Shown here: positions 59,593-64,000 of the stretch, piece by piece
Layout: every line of letters begins with the position of its first letter
How positions within the stretch are numbered: position 1 is the stretch's first letter
Source: Macrostomum lignano
Taxonomy: Eukaryota
DNA length: 64,000 bases
NCBI GenBank assembly: GCA_002269645.1
Contig: NIVC01003589.1
Span: forward strand, 25,357-89,356
Reading direction: 5' to 3'
Notes under the pieces: model-generated
What the model saw: the letters and a program-made list of their open reading frames with translations, nothing else
What the model was told of the DNA's origin: nothing
Databases searched by the model: none
Position numbers and translations under genes: made by a program

Positions 59593-59762
59593 CTGTTTGA
59601 CTAGGAGAGCGTAGAGCTAGTTGCGAAGAGAGAGAGGCACCCAGAGGACAGGCTTGGAATGAGAGGCGGTAGGGCAAGACGGGTGAGAGAAGGGCTGGAG
59701 AAAAAGCAGGCGCTCACCCAGAAACCTTTTATATTGTTGCATAGTTTAGACCCTGCACATAC

Positions 59763-60064
59763 GGGTTATAGCCTAGTGGTTAGGGCGTCGGACTCACTAC
59801 TTGAATGAAGGTTGAGGGTTCGATTCCCGATCCCACTGCAACAATCTGTGTCTTTGAGCAAGGCACTTTACTCCGCATTGCTTCAGTTCACCCAGCTGTA
59901 AAATGGGTGCCAGCATTAGCTGGGTAATTGAGGGTGTGTGTGGCGACCCCCAGTCCTTGGACTGAACAGCCGTACGCAGCCTTAGATGCCGCGCAATAGC
60001 TGCGGCTGAGCTGTCGATTGCACATCTGCCATTGGGCAGTTGTAATCAATTATTATTATTATTT
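59763..60064 (+). mobile_element. CORE-like SINE, same position as in copy A
   Basis: A and B boxes, CORE-like block, (ATT)n tail, same flanks as 497-802. Confidence 0.8.
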
Positions 60065-60389
60065 ACCTACGATAGGCATTCTGTCTTCTGCTGCATGCTC
60101 TGTTGTTGCCACGTTGCTTACCACATGAAAAACTATAATAAACTAATAAACTATATAGCGACTATAATCTGTCGCTACAGTCCTTCAGTTGTTTATCAAT
60201 GTAAACTGTTCAGCAGTCTTTCTAATTCTTTATTTGGCGTGCGCAATACAAAGAAAGAAAGGAAAGGAAAGGAAGCACGCGTGGAACTTGTACATTCGCA
60301 AAAGCTGCGCTCCCTCAGCAAATAGCAGTTACCCCACCCCCTTTCAAAATGCAGCTGTTGCGCTTGGCTGCGAATAATCTTTCCCGACT

Positions 60390-60870
60390 CAAGCGCCTCT
60401 CTCAACCCCAGCTCTTTCAGCAGCTTCCTAATACCTCGTTTGGAGCACACAAATAAACCCCGCTCCGAGCACTCCGCCACACCCGCCCTCTCTCCCAAAC
60501 ACCCACCTTCGCCTTGAACCCCAAACCCAATCTTGTCTTACTAAAAATAACAGCTTTAACTAGCTTCGAGCGATCGACTCACGAAATCCGCTTGAAGCCC
60601 TATATTGTCTAGTCTCTTAAGCATTTCTTTGTCCCAGCGATTCTTCTCCTCAGGAAAATCTCTATATTTAACATCGTGCCACATGCAGACAGAGTCTAGC
60701 TCATTCACAGGCTCATGCCCAGGATTTGGGTTGTTGTTTCCATCCAGCTGTATTTCAAGAGGATTCAAAGGCCCGCAATATTTATAGCCGGGAAGTGTCC
60801 AGCCTTTGTTTGGATGAGGAAGCTTTTCTATCAGTCCATGTGAATCTATTTTACCACCAGAGCGTTGCAT
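60390..60870 (-). pseudogene. PLA2X-like gene, copy F
   Basis: GYKYCGP, WHDVKY; indels downstream. Confidence 0.85.
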
Positions 60871-60900
60871 TATTTTATTTAAAATTTTCTTTTTAAATAA

Positions 60901-61921
60901 ATGACAGATCAGAAACTTAAAAAACTCTACTACAGCGACAAAGGATTCTTTGTAGGCAAAAATGCGTTAGTAAACTCATGGAGCTGAGTAAAGAGCCAAA
61001 AGCTACAGTAGAAAAATGGCTCTCTAAGCAGGCTGTCTTTCAAGTCTATTTCCCACCAGTAAAATTTGAAAGGCCCCATTTCAGTATTTAAACCTAATGA
61101 AGCGCACCAAGCAGATCTTTTGTTTCTCCCCAACGACTCAGGCTACAAGTATGCTCTTACAATTATTGACATTGCTTCCAGATATAAGGAAGCTCGCCCA
61201 CTCAAGACGAAGAAGTCAGAGGTTGTTGCCAGCGCACTGCAAGATATTTATAAAACTCTCCGCTCACATACCCCCAAATCTTTATGACCGACCCGGGTAA
61301 GGAATTCATGGGTGTAGTGAAATCCCTTATGGAAAAGAAAAACACAGAGATTCGCTATGGCAGAAAAACTTGCACAGAGACCAGGCTTTTGTGGAAAGAT
61401 TCAATCTAACTCTAGCCAAGAGACTATTCACTAAGCAGACAGCGCAAGAACTCAAACTGAGTGCGGGGCAGTACTATACCAAGTGGACAGAAAGACTCCC
61501 CACTGTTATAAGCAACTGAACAATGAAGTCACACGCATGACTGGATTGAAACCATCCCATGCAATTAAACAAGACACTGTCGAACTTAAGGCATCTCATA
61601 GAACAGACAACAACACGACAACCCCACACAACACAAAACACACCTCGAACTACCCTAAGCTTCCAGGAGTTGAATCACCATACATACTGACAAACTCTGA
61701 GTTTCTACGCTTTTATATCTACCTGGAGAGCTAGAGAAAGACACCAAAAGAAGAGCTACAGATCCATACTTCAGCCTTGATGTGCATAAAATAGACAGAC
61801 ATTTTACCTCCGACTCCGGTGACTATTACTTTTTATCTCAAGCCTTTAACCCTAAATCCCCACGCGGTCATTCACTAGAGCTGAACTCCTAGTGATACCA
61901 GCTGACACAGAAATTAATTAA
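60901..61921 (+). pseudogene. INT: Integrase, copy F, several 1-2-bp indels
   Basis: Near-identical to 52935-53972. Confidence 0.9.
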
Positions 61922-61937
61922 AATATTAAAATAAAAA

Positions 61938-62380
61938 ATGACAAAGATTGAAACTAGAACCATCAATAAACTCAATAAAATCATTGAATCAAAGAAACCA
62001 GGTATTATATCAATTAAAGGTGTCAAAGTAAAAATCGATCCCACGCCAGCAAATAGTTCAGTGTAATGAACAAAGACACAGCATCACAGATGAAAAGTCA
62101 GGAGGAATCCTACCATTAGCAGCTCTTATTCCGATCATTGCAGCGCTGTAAGTGCCGCAGGTGGTGTAGCTGGAGGTGTAGCAACTGCTGTTAAAGCTGG
62201 GAATGATAGAGCCCACCAGCTGGAATTGCAAAAGATTGGCAAGAGACAAAGGTATAACAATTAAGGCAGGAGAGGGCTGCCCCGATCGTGATGATTGTGA
62301 GCATGAAAATTCTGTAAGCAAGTCTGACATTGTCAAAGCCATCATGACACTGCACATGCTGGGTTTACAATAAATGCGGA
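61938..62380 (+). pseudogene. pX-like gene, copy F
   Basis: Near-identical to 53989-54434 with indels. Confidence 0.72.
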
Positions 62381-62509
62381 TGTGATGAGGTTTAAAAACC
62401 CCACTTTATCCAGCTTCATAAACCTAATACTACTTATAGGATGTAAGAAACAGTTCAACTTTTCTATCAGGGTGGTCACCCTCAAAATTTTTTTATATTT
62501 TCGAGAAAA

Positions 62510-64000
62510 ATGCCAAAAGCTAATCCAGCAAGAGATTTAGTCAACAAAATATTTTTCAAAAGGCGTCTCATTTCAAGACAAAAGTAATTCACTAAGAGAA
62601 GCATGCAAACAAAAGTTCAACACCGACCCTGGTCACCTGGGAAGCTATGAAAAACAGTTTGGAAATCATCAATCAATTAGAATCAAACCAGTATGCGCCT
62701 ATAAAAAAATTCTGCAAAGGACACCAAGAGAGGAGTCGCAACTTAGTTAACAAATATGAAACTTCACTGGTGAAAAAGCAAAGTACCCACAAAATAAGCC
62801 AGGAACAAGAGAAATTAGAGCAATTAATCCATTTAAAAGAGTCGGAGCTTGCCACTGAAGAGATTAATTTTGCACAGACGAAGTTTACAGAACATTAATA
62901 GAGTACACAATCCCAATTAACGGCACCAACGGTACCACCGCAAAAATCTACGACTATAAAGACAGCATCCAATCAGTTGTTGATCACACACTCAAAACAC
63001 GCAAGACCTTTAAACTACAGATATCATTCAAGATTGCGTTTTATATGCCTGCAAAACCCACTGAGCATCTCGAGTATTACATGACAACAAAGGCAAAGCC
63101 ATTCACCCAACAGACACACTGGATCCTTTCCTTCAAGATGTCAATAAGAAAATTGAAGCGTTTACATCCAGAGGTTCCGATGGGTCGTGGGAGGGATTCA
63201 AGAGCGACTGTCAGCGGTCATGAAATATGACCCACTTAAAGCCTCCTCTTATATAGAGCTCCCGCATAAGCTAGCCGGTAAAAAAGCTTGCATAAATGTT
63301 AAAAATAAAGACAATTGCTGTGCTCTATGGGCAGTTCTTTCTGCACTTTTTAGTGTCCCTACCACCCCGAAAGAACCTCAAATTATCAAAATTATTTTAA
63401 CTACTATCTCATGAATGCGAAAAGAAGGGAATCAGGTTTGACAAAGGAGGCTTGGCAATCTCTCAGATCCCAAAGCTAGAAGAAGTGTTTAATAACAAAA
63501 TTAGAATCACAGTCTTTGAGTGGAGTGAGAAAACTGAGAAAGTTCAACCGGTCAGATGTAGCAAAGACGTTTTAGATCCCGAGGGGAAAAGGCGGACTGA
63601 AGTGGATCTTTCTAGTGATTGGTAATTTACTAGAGGCAGGCTCACTATGTTTGGATTAAAGATCTTTCAAGACTCATACACAGCAGATTGAATAATCATC
63701 ACGAGGCTGTTGCCATCTGCCGCTTGTGCCTTAAGCATTACAGTGGACCTGAACGCTTGAAAAACTAGCAGAGCATGAATTATCATGCGAGATCACCCGA
63801 CAAACTGCTCTCTTCCTTCAGCTGAAGAGAAGTATCTCCGGTTTAAGAACTATCACAAGATGGAGAAGCTCCCATTTGTTGTATATGCTGATTTTCGAAT
63901 GCTCAATCGTGCCAGAAACTCAAAAACAAACTCCAACTCAAAAACAAACTCCAACTCAAAAACAAACTCAAACTCAAAAACATATCCCCAATTCAGTAGC
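62510..64000 (+). pseudogene. pPolB: pPolB N-terminal region, copy F
   Basis: Near-identical to 54558-56050 with indels. Confidence 0.92.

Larger units (their letters stand above)
56911..64000 (+). mobile_element. Polinton family 1, copy F, runs off the window
   Basis: Starts AGTAGAAGG; TIR, slot ORF, hairpins, SINE, PLA2, INT, pX, PolB. Confidence 0.92.

Noticed and set aside
59500-64000. Programmed frameshifting or editing in copy F genes
   Set aside because: Scattered 1-2-bp indels, often in homopolymers, relative to the near-identical copy E look like low-accuracy consensus or decay.

Overview
Eukaryotic (probably invertebrate animal) repeat DNA made almost entirely of nested mobile elements; no host gene is evident. 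The backbone is a cluster of Polinton/Maverick (adintovirus-like) elements: five copies of one family (A 1-13463 +, B 13464-31438 -, D 38227-~49270 +, E 49512-56910 +, F 56911->64000 +) and a fragment of a second, distant family (C 31439-38226). Family 1 order: TIR with an 80-aa ORF, variable slot, PLA2(-), integrase, adenovirus pX-like, protein-primed PolB, adenain-like protease, gasderminX-like(-), coiled-coil(-), packaging ATPase(-), small ORF(-), major capsid, penton, 80-aa ORF(-), TIR. Four of the five visible termini (5'-AGT[A/C]GAA) sit inside a PolB or integrase gene of another Polinton. Secondary insertions: two LOA-type non-LTR retrotransposons (one nested antisense in the other), two 5'-truncated non-LTR fragments with TSDs, a piggyBac with an intact transposase, a solo LTR and a CORE-type SINE. 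Most novel observation: a hypervariable slot between the left TIR and PLA2 holds, in each of four copies, a highly divergent member of one uncharacterised protein family (about 200 aa where intact; G...39-41 aa...[FY]P-x-[LV]Q). In three of the four the gene is followed by a different repeat array, two of them palindromic. All calls are by eye from motifs; no searches were run, and pseudogene ends are approximate.
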